Positions 1-12,500 of a stretch of 64,000 bases of DNA are shown piece by piece; position 1 is the stretch's first letter; the number at the start of each line of letters is the position of its first letter. Source of the DNA: Thecamonas trahens ATCC 50062. Lineage: Eukaryota > Protista > Apusomonadida. The notes under the pieces were generated by a model. The model did no database searches and was not told the DNA's origin. It saw nothing but the letters and a program-made list of their open reading frames with translations. The stretch covers positions 372,285 to 436,284 of the forward strand of contig NW_013657655.1 in NCBI RefSeq assembly GCF_000142905.1, in the 5' to 3' direction. The translations under genes were made by a program, and so were the position numbers.

Positions 1-1369
1 GCGGAGGATCCACTTGATGAGGTCGGTGGAAAAGTTAAAGTGCGGCTTGTGGATGACCAGGGTGCAGACCGAGGTGACGTAGAGCTTTGCATCGACGCGG
101 GCGGCGGGGGAGATGGCAGCCTCGTCAGCGTAGTTGACGGCACGGAACACGTCGTCCATCCGCTTGTCGAGGAGCTGCACAAAGGCCTGGTACGAGTGGA
201 CGAGGCCCTGCTCCGAAGCGCGCTGTGCGGAGACAGCCTTGGACACCTTGACCGACGTCTCATGGTCCGTCAGCGTCCGAATACGATAGCCCGGCAGGAT
301 GTCCTTGTACACGGTGGTGAGGCCGGCAACGGCATACCGCTGGACAACCGGATCACGGTCGCTCTGCGCGAGCTGCAGCATCTCGTCAAGTCCGTGAATG
401 TGGCTCTCTGGCGCCTCGAGCAGAAGCTGCACGCCCTCGGCAATGTCGCGCTTGCGCTTGGCAAGAAGCCGGTTGCGCTTGTGGCGAGCGGCAGCCTCCG
501 AGAGAACCTTGGTCTTCTCGCCGGCCTGGTCGTCGTTGTCGCCTTGGAGCGAGCCATCACCGCTCTCGCTCTCGGACGCCTCCTCCATGGCCTCGGGCTC
601 CAGCGCGTACATCGACGGCTGGGCCTCGACGTCAACCAGCTTCCCTGATCGGGTCACGGTCGGCAGTTTGCCCTTCTCGGACGGCTGGGCCCACGAGGTG
701 GCGCGGCGGATGCCGATGTCGCCAAGATCGTCGTCGTCGGCGGTGGCGGCTGTGCCCACAGCGGCAGCATGATTCGACACAGCATCGGCCGAGTCCGACT
801 CGGACTCGCCGTCATCAAACACCTCGCCGGTGGCGCGGAGGAGCGAGCGCATGGCGCTGACGTTGACGTCGGTGAGCATGTCGTCGTCGCTCGAGTCGTC
901 GTCGCTCTGTGCGCCTGTAGCTCCACGTTCGAAATCGGTGTCGTCCAGCACCATCATCTTGTTCTTCTTACGCTTCTTGAGCTTGAGATCCATCTTCCGA
1001 GCTTGCTTCTCCTTGCGCTTCTTCTGCGCTGCCGTCATGTCTTTGCGCACCATTCTCCGGATCTTCATGCTCGGCTTGGCTCCACCGAGCGAGCGGAGGA
1101 GCGGATGCTGATCGGGAGCAAGCTCCTTGTTCCGAATCATCCTCTGCTTCTTTTCCTGCTGCACCTTTCGTGCCGGACGAGGCAGAGCATGCGTTCTTGC
1201 CGCCTTGGTCGCCTTCTTATTCCTCACCTTGAGCGAGGCCTGCCGCTTCTTGGCCGCCACACGACCCTTGGAGCCGCCCTGTGTGGAACGTTGGAGGTGA
1301 GTGTGAACATGGCAGGGGAAACGGGATAAGGAGGGGAGGGGAGGGGGGAGCGAGGAGGAGGCGTACCAT
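1..1369 (-). CDS. NOC3: Nucleolar complex protein 3 homolog, 5' part (runs off the left edge). Exon 1 = ATG 1367-1369, intron 1279-1366, exon 2 from 1278
   Basis: Not in the ORF track. Manual minus-strand translation gives MGGSKGRVAAKK... and VYKDILPGYRIRTLTDHETSVKVSKAVSAQRASEQGLVHSYQAF, matching the Noc3 motif (FKDIIPGYRIR), followed by a PHFNF motif. The intron is GTACGC...ACAG, phase 0. Confidence 0.88.
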
Positions 1370-2700
1370 GTGATCAGTGGATGGGTGGAAGAGAGTGGGG
1401 TGGAGGTGGAGGAGGCCGGCAGGGGGGAGGGAGTGGGAGCGAGGATGAGGGAGGATGAGTGGATGGATGGGTGGGAGTTTCAGGGGAGGGGGGGGGGGGG
1501 GGGTTGATGGTGGGGATGAAGGCATGCGATAAAAGCGTGCGATGGGCGCGGGATGGGGATGGGTTTGGCGTTGGTGAGGAGAAGGAGGGGGAAAGAGTGG
1601 GGGGAGGAGGAGGGGAGGGGGAGGGGGGGGGAGGGGAACTTCGATCATCGTCTACATGGATGGGGGGAGGGAGGTAGGAGAGGGAGATCGGATCGGGAGA
1701 TCACGACAAGATGGTCTAGATTAAGTGAGTGGTAATCATTGTTTCACTCCCACTGTATTACGAGGGTGGGGGTGGGAAGGAGATATACCGGCTTGGAGAT
1801 GGCAAGACATGAGCATGGTGTGGGAGGGCTGGCCGGTAAAGATATCCCGCAAAGAAAAAATGAGCCCGTAGCCCGAATCTCTCCTGCCACGCTCATGCCC
1901 TCGGTCTTTGCAGCCACGTCGCAGACACACAACCAAGTGGCCGTGTGCTATGCATGGGCACCATTGCATGCCGGTGTAAGCGGGGTGCCGACATGGTGGT
2001 GGCACTCGGGCTGGCGGGGGTGCCTGTGTTTGTGGCGACGATGGCTGGTACTGCTGTTTTTTCGGGCGGATCGACACAGCAGATGGGGGGGTGGGAGCAT
2101 AGACTCCTCCGAAAGGAAGCCTGATCATGCGGTACAGCAACTACTCGATTTCGACGAGCACGATGACTGCGGCTGGTGTGGTGGTGGTAGCGAGTGAGAG
2201 AAACACGTCGCTGGTGTTGCTCCTCCTGTGTATTGGATCTGCGCGGCTGAGGAGATGGCGATGCTTCCTATTTGTCTTGTCGGCCACGTTCTCAGCCTGG
2301 GACGGGTTCAACCTCACGCCGCGGATCGTCGCCTCGGCTCTCGGCTCGGACCACAAGCTGCTGGTTGTCGGGCCGAGTGCGGGCAGCGATACAGCGGCAC
2401 AAAGTGGGTGTCAAAGCGGATGACGAGAGGATGGAATGATCGGTTCAGTTTGGGCCGCTATGATAATGGTTGCTTCGGTCGATCGCCACACTAAGGCAGC
2501 CGGTGGCACTCGCCTCCCTCCGCCGCCAGGACGGCTCCCCAGGTCAACCGTGGCTCGGCAGCCGGCAGCCATCCATCCATCCAAGGCGAGTAGCCAGCGA
2601 GGAGGGAGGAGGGCGGGTGACAGGGCACCACTCGACGCCAGCGATTGCAAGCGGCAACGAGCAGAGGTAGTTGAGGCAGAGTACCTCAGAAGACGGACGT

Positions 2701-5700
2701 ATGGCAGGCGGCAAGAAGGGTGGCAAGCGGAATAAGGGCGGAAGACGGCGAAGCCATACTTGAGCCACAGCCAACACAACCAACACAAACGCCCAGAGGA
2801 GGAGGAGGAGGAGAAGGAGGAGTTTGAGGCGGCGGCGGCGGCGGTGGACGATAGCTCGCGGGTCGAGGTTCCTGAGTCGTATGAGTTCCAGCTGGCAGAG
2901 GACTTTGAGGATGAGGACATCTCGTCCGATGGCGCTTTTGACTCGGATGACTTTGAAAAGTTCGGAGACCTCGGCGTGCCGGCCGCACGCAAGTCGGCCA
3001 CGGGCCGCCGCCGCAGGCTCCGGGCCAACGACATCCGTGACGATGACTTTGATGAGAGCGAGCGCCACATGCTGATGGATCTTTCCGATATGTTTGGTCC
3101 GCAGGAGCCGGCTGCCGCGCCGGCAAAGTCCTCGCGCAAGGCTCGGCGTGAGGCCTCGGCCTCAGCCTCAGCCTCGGGCTCGGGCTCGGAGTCGGCATCG
3201 AGCTCAGGCTCGGCAGACATGCTCTCGGTCGCGTCGGACGACGATGAGTCCGGCTCAGACTCGGGCTCGGGCGGGCTGGCGGCGCGGATCGCGACTCTGG
3301 GCAAGCGCGAGGCGCGCAAGACGCGGCACGCCAAGGTTCTTGTCGACGTGGCCGAGGCATCCGAGTACGGGCTGGGTAATGCCGAGGGAGTGACGCTGGA
3401 AGACCTGACGGCGCCGCTCTCCGGGACCAAGACACTCAACCGGCAGCTCCATGCGCTGCAGTCCGAGAAGGACAAGGTGGCGGCGCCGCTCGACGAGCGT
3501 GTGGTGGACAAGATCGAGCGGAGCGTGAGCTACAAGGAAACGGCTGCGCGAGTCTCGCGGTGGCAGCCGGTCGTCCGGCGCAACCGGCGGGCCGAGACGC
3601 TGGACCTCACGCAGGAGCTGGCGCAGTTCAAGTCGCGGACGGCCGAGTCGCTCGTCGAGCCGAACAAGGGCGCGTCAAAGAACGCGCTCGAGGCGGAGAT
3701 CAACAAGCTGCTCAAGGCCAACGACGTGCGGACGGAGGACGGCGTGCTCCGTGGCGAGGAGCTTGAGCTCCGCAAGGTCAGCAAGGAGGCCGAGGAGCAG
3801 CAGCACGCTATCCTCGCCAAGATGCGCTCCCTGATGTTCTTCCAGGAGGCCAAGAACAAGCGGGTGAAGAAGATCAAGTCAAAGGCGTACCGGAAGATCC
3901 TCAAGAAGCGGCGCGAGAAGGAAAAGGCGGCGCTTCTGGAGGAGCTGATGAAGCTCGATCCGGAGCTTGCGCAGCAGGAGCAGCTCAAGCTGGAGCGCAA
4001 GCGGGCGCTCGAACGCATGTCGCTGCGCAACAAGAACAAGTCTGCGTGGGTCAAGCGCCAGCTGAAGAACACCGCTGGTGTCCGCGAGGCCGCCACCCGC
4101 CAGGCTGTCCGCGACCAGCTCACCATGGGCGCCGAGCTGAGCAAGCGGATGGCCGGCCTCGGCTCGGGCTCGGACTCGGACTCGGACGCGCCTCGCATGA
4201 AGCTCGGAGGCGATGAGTCGGGCTCAGAGTCTGAGGTTGCCGTCGGCGAGCTGGGACGATCGCAGACGCGCGAGGAAGTGCTCGAGTCGGCCGTGGGCAA
4301 GCTGCGGACGCTTGGTTCGGTCAACGCCGGCGACGCGCTCGCCGAGCTCGAGGCCGAGGCCGAGTCTGGCGGCAAGAAGGGGCTGTTCCAGATGAAGTTC
4401 ATGAAGAAGGCCTTCATCCGCAAGCACCAGGAGACCGAGGCCGCGGCCAAGGAGGTGCTCGCAGAGCTGGAAGCCCAGCTGGAGAACAATGACGACGACT
4501 CTGACGACGAGGTGCTCGGCGGACGCGGTCAGCTCGCCGGTGCGGTCCGCAAGAACAAGGTCCGCTTTGCCGGGCGGTCCGCCCAGCTCGCCGAGGTGGC
4601 GACGGCGAGCGGCGCGTCTAAGAGCCAGACAGCTGGCGACGTGGCTGTCGACCTTGACGGCGTCGGCGGCAAGCCGATGCAACTTGCCATGGCGCAGTCG
4701 GGCGCCACCAAGAGTGCCAAGGACGGCTCGCTCAACAAGCGCGACGCCGCGGCCGAGGCCCGCGCCAAGCTCGAGGCTGATCTCGCAGCCGAGCGCGCCT
4801 TTGACCGCGCCGTGGCACAGCAGGAGGCCGCGGCAGAGGCCGCCGGCGCAGGCTCTGGATCCGGCGACAACGCCGGCGGTGCCAACCCGTGGCTTGTGGC
4901 AAGCTCGGACATGAAGCGGGCGCAGCGGAAGAAGCGCACGATGGACAAGGTTGGCAAGCAGCTGGCGGCGGCGCGCGAGGCTGGTGGTGGCGGAAGCCGC
5001 ACTCAGTCGGTCCTCGACGCCGAGGGCGCCGGCGACGAGCCGGTTCTCGCGGCCGCGGCCGCGGCAGCTGCCGCCGCCGAGGGCTCGGACGATGAAGCCG
5101 GCGGTGCGGCCGGAGGCCAGTTCCGGCTCACGACCGGCAAGGGCGGTAAGGGCGGCGAGCGGCAGGCGGCGCTTGTGGCCGAGGCCTTTGCCGACGACGA
5201 TGTGATGGACGAGTTCCGTGCCGAGAAGGAGTCGCTCGTCGACGAGCAGACCGGCATGACCAAGTACGCTGGCCTCGCTGACGCGCTCGGCCTTGCCGAG
5301 AACAAGCCCGGATGGGGCGGCTGGGTCGGCAAGAACATGAAGCCGATGGAGGCAAAGGCCGACAAGAAGAAGCGGAAGAAGCGCAAGGGCAAGGCACCGC
5401 CCAAGTCGCGAGCCAAGCGCAAGCGCGATGCGCAGCTCGACGCGCTCAAGGCCGCCCACGAGGCCGAGCGCAAGGCCAAGCGGGCCAAGCGGCGCGATAC
5501 CGGGCTCGACAACGTGTTTATTTCGGAGAAGAAGGACAAGAAGGTCCTGGCGTACCAGGCCGCGCTCCTCCCGCACGCCTTTGAGTCCAAGCTTGTGTAC
5601 GACGCTGCGCTGCGGATGCCGCTCGGCAAGGACTGGAACTCGACGTCGGGCCACAAGATGCTCACCAAGCCGGAGCTCATCACCAAGATGGGTGTCATGA

Positions 5701-5795
5701 TCAAGCCCATGACCATGACCAAGTCGATGAAACAGCAGCGCAAGCGTCGCGGTCTGTATGCGCCCAAGAACCGCGGCGGAAAAGACAACGAGTAA
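2701..5795 (+). CDS. UTP14: U3 snoRNA-associated protein 14; exact start uncertain (ATG 2701 is out of frame with ORF 2760-5795)
   Basis: Utp14 motifs RWQPVVRRNRRAETL, KMRSLMFFQEAKNKRVKKIKSKAYRK, RALERMSLR, PGWGGWVG and LRMPLGKDWN. Confidence 0.93.
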
Positions 5796-6010
5796 AGCCG
5801 TCTACACTCCCCATGCCTTCGCCGATCGCCAAGCATGTGCCGACTGCCGACCTGCGACAAGACGGTCAGCCGCCCGCGGCCTCTTGTCCGCCGCCAGCCG
5901 CCCGGGGACCGTGGCACTCGACGTGGTCTGGCGTGTGCGTAGGTAGCCCCTACCTCCCCTCACCACCTTCCCTTCCTTCCCCCTCCAACCACCACCACCA
6001 CCCCGCCGCC

Positions 6011-9000
6011 ATGGCCATGGCCCCGTCCTCGACCCGTCCTTCGGACTGGTCAGTCGACCAGGTGTGCGCATGGCTGGCAACAAAGGGTTACGGCTCGCTG
6101 CAGGTACGGACAAGCCCCCCCCCCCACCGCACACACACACCCACACACACACCCACATACACACATACATACATACATACACTATGTGTATCTCTCCCCA
6201 TCCCCTCCCCCCCCCCCCCTGTCCCCCCCTCCCCCTCCCCCCTCCCCCCCTCCCTCCCTCCTCCCTTCAATCCTTGCCATGATAGTGGATATTGGTCTGG
6301 CTGGGTCACCTCCTGGGTCACCTCCCCCCCGCTCGCCCTCCGCCTCTCCCCCGTCCCCCTCTCCCCNNNNNNNNNNNNNNNNNNNNNNNNNNNNNNNNNN
6401 NNNNNNNNNNNNNNNNNNNNNNNNNNNNNNNNNNNNNNNNNNNNNNNNNNNNNNNNNNNNNNNNNNNNNNNNNNNNNNNNNNNNNNNNNNNNNNNNNNNN
6501 NNNNNNNNNNNNNNNNNNNNNNNNNNNNNNNNNNNNNNNNNNNNNNNNNNNNNNNNNNNNNNNNNNNNNNNNNNNNNNNNNNNNNNNNNNNNNNNNNNNN
6601 NNNNNNNNNNNNNNNNNNNNNNNNNNNNNNNNNNNNNNNNNNNNNNNNNNNNNNNNNNNNNNNNNNNNNNNNNNNNNNNNNNNNNNNNNNNNNNNNNNNN
6701 NNNNNNNNNNNNNNNNNNNNNNNNNNNNNNNNNNNNNNNNNNNNNNNNNNNNNNNNNNNNNNNNNNNNNNNNNNNNNNNNNNNNNNNNNCCCCCCCCCCC
6801 CCCCTCCCTGATCATCATCGGTGGTGGAAGGAATCGGTGGGTGGTGGAAGGGAAATGGAGGGGCCTGGCCCCAAGAGCGAGGTCGGGACGCCCCTGTCTG
6901 CTCCTTGACAGGTACAGTGGCGATGGCGCTGCGGCTGGCGGCTGGCGGCTACGCACCAGAGCTGATGGTGCATGTTGCTATTGTCACTCACCAGTCCGGG
7001 CCGCAGAGAGTCTTCATCATCCACAACATCGCAGGAACAGAACTGGCTACGCTCGACTCGCCCAATCTGCTCGTACTCGGCGTGTCGTCCGCTGCGACAC
7101 GCAAGGCGCTCCTGGCCGATATTGCCGTCCTTTTCCGCCTCGATGAGGCTGACCGCAGCAGAGCGTCAATGGTTGCAGTGGCTAGCGATGGCGGAAGCTC
7201 CGGTGGTGGCAGCGGGAGCGGCATGGCACGAGCGTCGTCGTCCGAGGCGATTTCGGAGGCCGACGGCGCCGGTGACGAGCTTGTCTCGGCGCCGGGCCTC
7301 TCGTCCAACGTCCGCCGGCGGCTGATTGGCCGCCGCGACTCCTCGCCGCCAGTGATGGGTGCTGGCGGCGACGCGCCGCTGCTGCACGAGATCGACTTTC
7401 AGTCGGACATCGACGTTGTCCGCTCGGGCTGGCTGGCCAAGAAGAAGAGCTCCGGTGGCATGCTGCGCAACTGGGACAAGCGGTTCTTTCTCCTCAAGTC
7501 AGGAGTCCTCTACTACGCCAAGTCGGACAAGGCCCGGGTGCCTGTCGGCTCGATTCAGCTCGACGGGCGGGTGGTGGTTCGCGGCAAAGGCAAGTCGCGC
7601 GACATTGTGCTGACGCACGCGCAGAAGCGGACGTACATCCTGCGCGCTGACTCGGTTGCCGAGGCCATCCAGTGGATCAACGACATCCACGCCCACTCGG
7701 CGGCGCAAAGCAAGGGCGAGTCGCTGCTCAACTCGAGCTCGCCGAACCTCACACGCCGCGTAGACTCGGAAGGCTCAGTCGGCCAGGGTCTCTCGCACTC
7801 GTCGTCAACTCCGACGCTCGCCGAGCTCGCCATGCCGCCGTCGGTTGTCCGCATGATCTCGCAGGGCAAGCTGCCTGAGGACATCGGCGTCTACATCCGC
7901 GACGGGTCAGTCAAGATTGCCGAGGGCCGCTCCGGGGGCTCCGGTAAGAGCCGCCACATGTTCCTCTTCTCCAACGCCCTCGTCTACGCCTCGCCGACCG
8001 GCAAGAAAGACTACAAGGTCCGCGGCATGCTCGACCTCTCGGGCGTCTCGGTCTGTGACATCCCGGCCGTCGAGACCCACACCTTTCACTTTTGCATCAT
8101 CTGCGACAAGGGCCGCTTCATTGTCGAAACCGAGACGCTCGACGCCAAGATCGAGTGGATGACCGACATCTTTGAGGCCTCGGAGATCCTCAACAACGGC
8201 TTCCTCGCCCTCGACGATGAGGCCGGGCCCGTCAACGTTCTCAACGCTTCGCTCTCGCCGGCTGTTGCCGTTCCACGCCCGTCGCTGCCGTCACCGTTGC
8301 CGTCGCGCCCGTCACCGCTCGCCCGCCAGGCCACCGGTGGCTCGTCGTCGCAGCCGTCGTCGCCGGCGTCTGCATCGCCGCCGCCGCGCAAGGCACAGCC
8401 AGACTCGACGCCGACATCGTCGCCGACCCCGTCGCCCAAGTCATCGAAAAAGGCCGAGCGCGAGCTGCGCAAGGAGCGAATGATGTCGATGCGATCCATG
8501 GTCTGTCTCGACAAGTCGTTTCCCAAGCCGCCGATGCCCAACTGCGTCCGCCTCGGAACGTACAACGTCCAGCCGGACCCGACGGCCAAGTCGTCTCTCG
8601 CCTCCAAGTGGTCCGAGCGCCGCGCGCTCTTTGCCACCTCGGTCCGATTCCACTCGCCCGACGTCCTCGCCATGCAGAACATCTCGCTCGCCAAGGCCTC
8701 GGAGCTCCTCGGCAAAATGTCCGACTACGCCATGATGGACGGGGCGTCGGAGCACTTTGAGGCCGAAGGCGTCGACCGTGCCGCAGTCCCGGGCTCAAAC
8801 ACGCGCCCGTTCCTGCCCATCTTCTACTTTCGCTGGCGGCTGCAGCTCGCCGACTCGGGCAACTACTTCCTCTCACCCAAGCCGTCCGCAAAGCTCGATG
8901 CCGACCTGCCCATCGACCAGGACGTGCTTCTCCTCCGCAACGCGGCGATAGCAAGCGAAAACCTCCCCTCGCGCTCGCCAACCGCACCCTACGTTTGGGT

Positions 9001-9484
9001 CACGTGGGGCCTCTTCCAGGACGTCTTTACCGAGGCTGCCTTTTACGTCTTCACATGCGACCTCACGCCCGCGTGCGAGACGCCCGAATCGCGCGCCGCG
9101 CACGTCGCCGCCCTCCATCGCACCATCGGCGCCCGTGTCGGGAACACGCCGTTTGTCCTCGCCCTTTCGGGCTTCCTCACGCCGCCGCCGGCCGAGCCGC
9201 TCCTCGACGGTATGCTTGCGCCGTTTGGCGACGGCGGCTCCATCGCCCTGCACTCGATGGCCGAGCTCGACGTGCCGCCGAGCCACGAGCACGTCGGTGC
9301 CGAGGCCACCTTTACTGCGCCCACCGGCGAGACCATGGTCCTCGATCACATCCTCTACCGTTCTGGTGCCGTCGAGGTGCTCTTGTCGGGCGTGACCGAG
9401 GACGTGTTCATCTCTGGTGCGCGCCCGGCGCTGCACTCGCTCGTCCTCGCCGATCTCATCATCGACATGAGCGGAGCCGAGTAA
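6011..9484 (+). CDS. SAM-PH-PH-EEP(-like) multidomain protein. Exon 1 6011-6103, intron spanning the N gap, exon 2 7007-9484
   Basis: Splicing GTACGG...CGCAG (phase 0) joins WSVDQVCAWLATKGYGSLQ to RVFIIHNIAGTELATLDSPNLLVLGV, forming a SAM domain. PH1 is RSGWLAKK...NWDKRFFLLK...WINDI and PH2 is RHMFLFSNAL...WMTDI. The C-terminus has an EEP fold (RLGTYNV, PDVLAMQ, LDHILY). Confidence 0.8.
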
Positions 9485-9502
9485 ACGCGAGCCGCTGCCG
9501 CG

Positions 9503-12500
9503 TCACCCGTTCACCCGAAAGGCAACGCGGACTTTCTCGGCCATTGGTCGCCGGTTAAGCGTCATCCGCCACTCGGCGCGGTCCTTGGGTGAGTCGTGGA
9601 TGTCCTTGGACTCGAGGAGGATGCCGCGGGTGGGGATGGTGCGGAGAAAGGCGCCCACCAGGAGCGTGCCAGCGCCGAGAACAAGGCATGATGCCCATTG
9701 CAGCGGGCCAAGCGGCTCAGTCTTGGTCCACGACCCGCCGATGGTCACAATGGCGCCCTGCACAGCGCCGGAAAAGAGAAGAACGGCCCAAAAGTAGTAG
9801 TTCCGGCCGAGGCCCGAGACCACGTTCTGCTGCTGGAAGACCGAGCGGACGTTGAAGAAGTTGAACAAGGTCATCATGACATGGGCGTTGAAGACGAGGG
9901 TAAAGTGCTTGCGGCGGTAGCGCTCGACGGTGAAGAAGGCCGGCCCGATAAAGAGGACGAGGAGGAGCATGAGCAGCTGGTACGCGGCCTGGCCAAAAAT
10001 GTGCATCATCATGACCCGGGTGACAACGTTCTCTGACGAAGAGACCGGCTTGGTCTTGCGCAACAGGTCCGGCGACGGCGAGTCCGAGGCGAGAGCAATG
10101 GCTGCAAAGGTGTCCATGATGAGATTGACCCAGAGGAGGCCGACGGGGGAGATCGGTGGCTCGCCGCGCGAGTTGGTCACAGAGCCGATGATGGTGATGA
10201 GGACGGTAACGACGTTGCAGGTAAACTGGAACTGAAGGAACTTGCGGATGGAGGAGAAGACGTTGCGGCCCCAGCGGATGGTGTTGACGATAGACCCAAA
10301 GTCGTCCGAGAGTAGCACAATGTCGGCGGCCTCGCGGGCAACGCCCGAGCCGGAGACGCCCATGGCAAAGCCCACATCGGCGGCGATGAGCGAGCGCCGG
10401 TCGGCGAGGTCGCCGCCTGTGACGGCGACGACAGCACCAAAGTCTGACTGCAGCTGCGAGATGATGCGGAGCTTGTCGTCGGGCGTGGCCCTGGCGAGGA
10501 TGGTGAGCGTCGGTACCATGCTTTTGAGCTCATCATTGGTCATCTTGTTGTACTCGAACGAGTCCATGGCGAGGTGGTACTCGGGGTTGTAAATGCTGAT
10601 TTTGCGGGCAAGCGTGATGGCGCGTGGAAGCGACTCACCGGTGACAAGCCGGACCATGACGCCGGCCTGCTGGGCAGCGCGGATCTCGCCGCGAACTGAA
10701 GGCAAGAGCGAGTCGGAAATGCCGACAATGCCGAGGCAGACCATCTCGGTGACGTCGGCGTCGGCGACGTCGGGCGGCGGGCGAAACCCGATGTCCTTGT
10801 ACGCGAGTGTGAGGACTCGCCGCCCTGCGTGGGTCCACGCCTTGATCATCTTGCGGAGCTTGTGCTGGAACGGCACAATGTTGACGACCTCGCCGTTCTC
10901 GTCGACGATGCGTGTGCAAAATCCAAGCAGGAGCTCGGCCGCGCCCTTAACGTACAGCCGGTACCGCTCGTCGCCGCGGAGCGACGCGTGGCCGTAGGAA
11001 TCGGACGAGCGCGAGTCCGAGAACAGGCTCGGCCTCCCGGTCCGAAAAGCTGACGAGAGCGGAGCGTCGAGGCGGAGGAGAACGGCGGACCACTTGGCGA
11101 CCGGGTCAAAGGGAAAAGTGGCGACAGTATGCCCATGGTAAGCGTGGCGCAACTCCTCATACGTGCCAAACTTGGACGAGAGCGCGGTGCCAAACTTGAG
11201 CAGCGAGATCTCGGTCTCGTTACCGTAGTACTTGCGCGTCACGCCATCGGCGCCGACAATCAGGTCGTCGTCGTCTTCGGCGAGAATGTCAATGTCGGGC
11301 GCGATGATGGCGGCGCGCGAGTTGAGAAAGAGCGAGTGCTGGAGGAGGCCGAGGACCGAGTCTGCCATGGCGTCCTCGTCGGGCTCCAGCGAGAGCTGGC
11401 CCCAGGGGCGAGCGAGCGAGGAAAAGTCATAGTCTTGATAGTCGGCAATGGCAAACTGCTTGCCGGCGATGTAGCCTTGGTCTAGGATCATGTGGTTGAC
11501 GGTGACGGCACCCGTGAGGTCGATGACCACCTCTGAGCACCGGCCCATGGTCTCGACTGACGATAGGTTGCGTACCATGTTGTGCTCGCCGACCATGCGG
11601 ATGATGGAAAAGGCGATGGCGAGAGTGACCGAGAATGGCAGGCCTTCCGGGACCGATACAACGGTGAGCGTAAGGCCGGTGAGGATGTACTCGGTCATGC
11701 GCTCAATGGCCTCGTTGTCGATCGAGTCACCCTTGACCACGCGAGTAATGAGATACTTGGCCGAGAGAACCGAGACGAGAACAACCGCGATGGCGAGGCC
11801 AAGCTTACCGACCTGCTTGCCAAGGTTGGCGAGCTTGTTCTGGAGCGAGGTGTGCTCGTCGACGGAGCGGCGGGCGTCGCGGGCGCGCTTGCGAGCGAGG
11901 TACGTGCTGTCGCCGACAGCGACGACAACCATGACGACTCTACCCTCCGCCACGTGCGAGCCGCGCATGATGAACGGATCGTGGCTGTACGACTTGCGGA
12001 CGTCGTCGGCCTCGCCGGTCACCTCGAGCTCGTTCATCTTGCAAGGATCGCCGAGGAGGAGGCCATCGGCAGGGACGACGGCGCCGCGAAAGACGTGAAC
12101 AATGTCGCCGACAACCAGGTCATTGGCTGGGACCTGCTGGATGTCCAGCGACGAGGCACGAAGAACGGTGACTTCCTCGTTCTGGAGAGCGGCAGCGAGC
12201 TCGGCAAACTGGTGATCCTTATAGTTCTCGTTGATGGCGGTGAAGATGATGATGATGGTGACGGCAATGAGAATAGAGGTGCCCTCTACATAGCCGGCGC
12301 CTCCGGTGTCAGCAGCAAACTCGGAGATGGAGACGCCGAGCGAGAGCGAGAGGAAGGCGGTGATGATGAGCATGATGAGGGTAAAGTCGTTGGCGGCCGA
12401 GAGCATGAAATGGACAAACGATCGCTTGGCGATGTGAGTCGCGTTGAAGCCCCAGCGAAGGCCGCGTGCTTCCAACTCTGCCTCATCGATGCCTTGTGCG

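Noticed and set aside
40-1329. Plus-strand ORFs 40-648 and 769-1329
   Set aside because: Antisense shadows of NOC3, caused by GC-rich codon bias.
2100-2135. Hammerhead ribozyme (GAAA and CTGAT nearby)
   Set aside because: The core is CTGATCA rather than CTGANGA, and the required stems are absent.
2758-2763. TGA after MAGGKK...SHT as selenocysteine or readthrough in UTP14
   Set aside because: Readthrough stays in the wrong frame for Utp14; a frameshift error or intron is needed instead.
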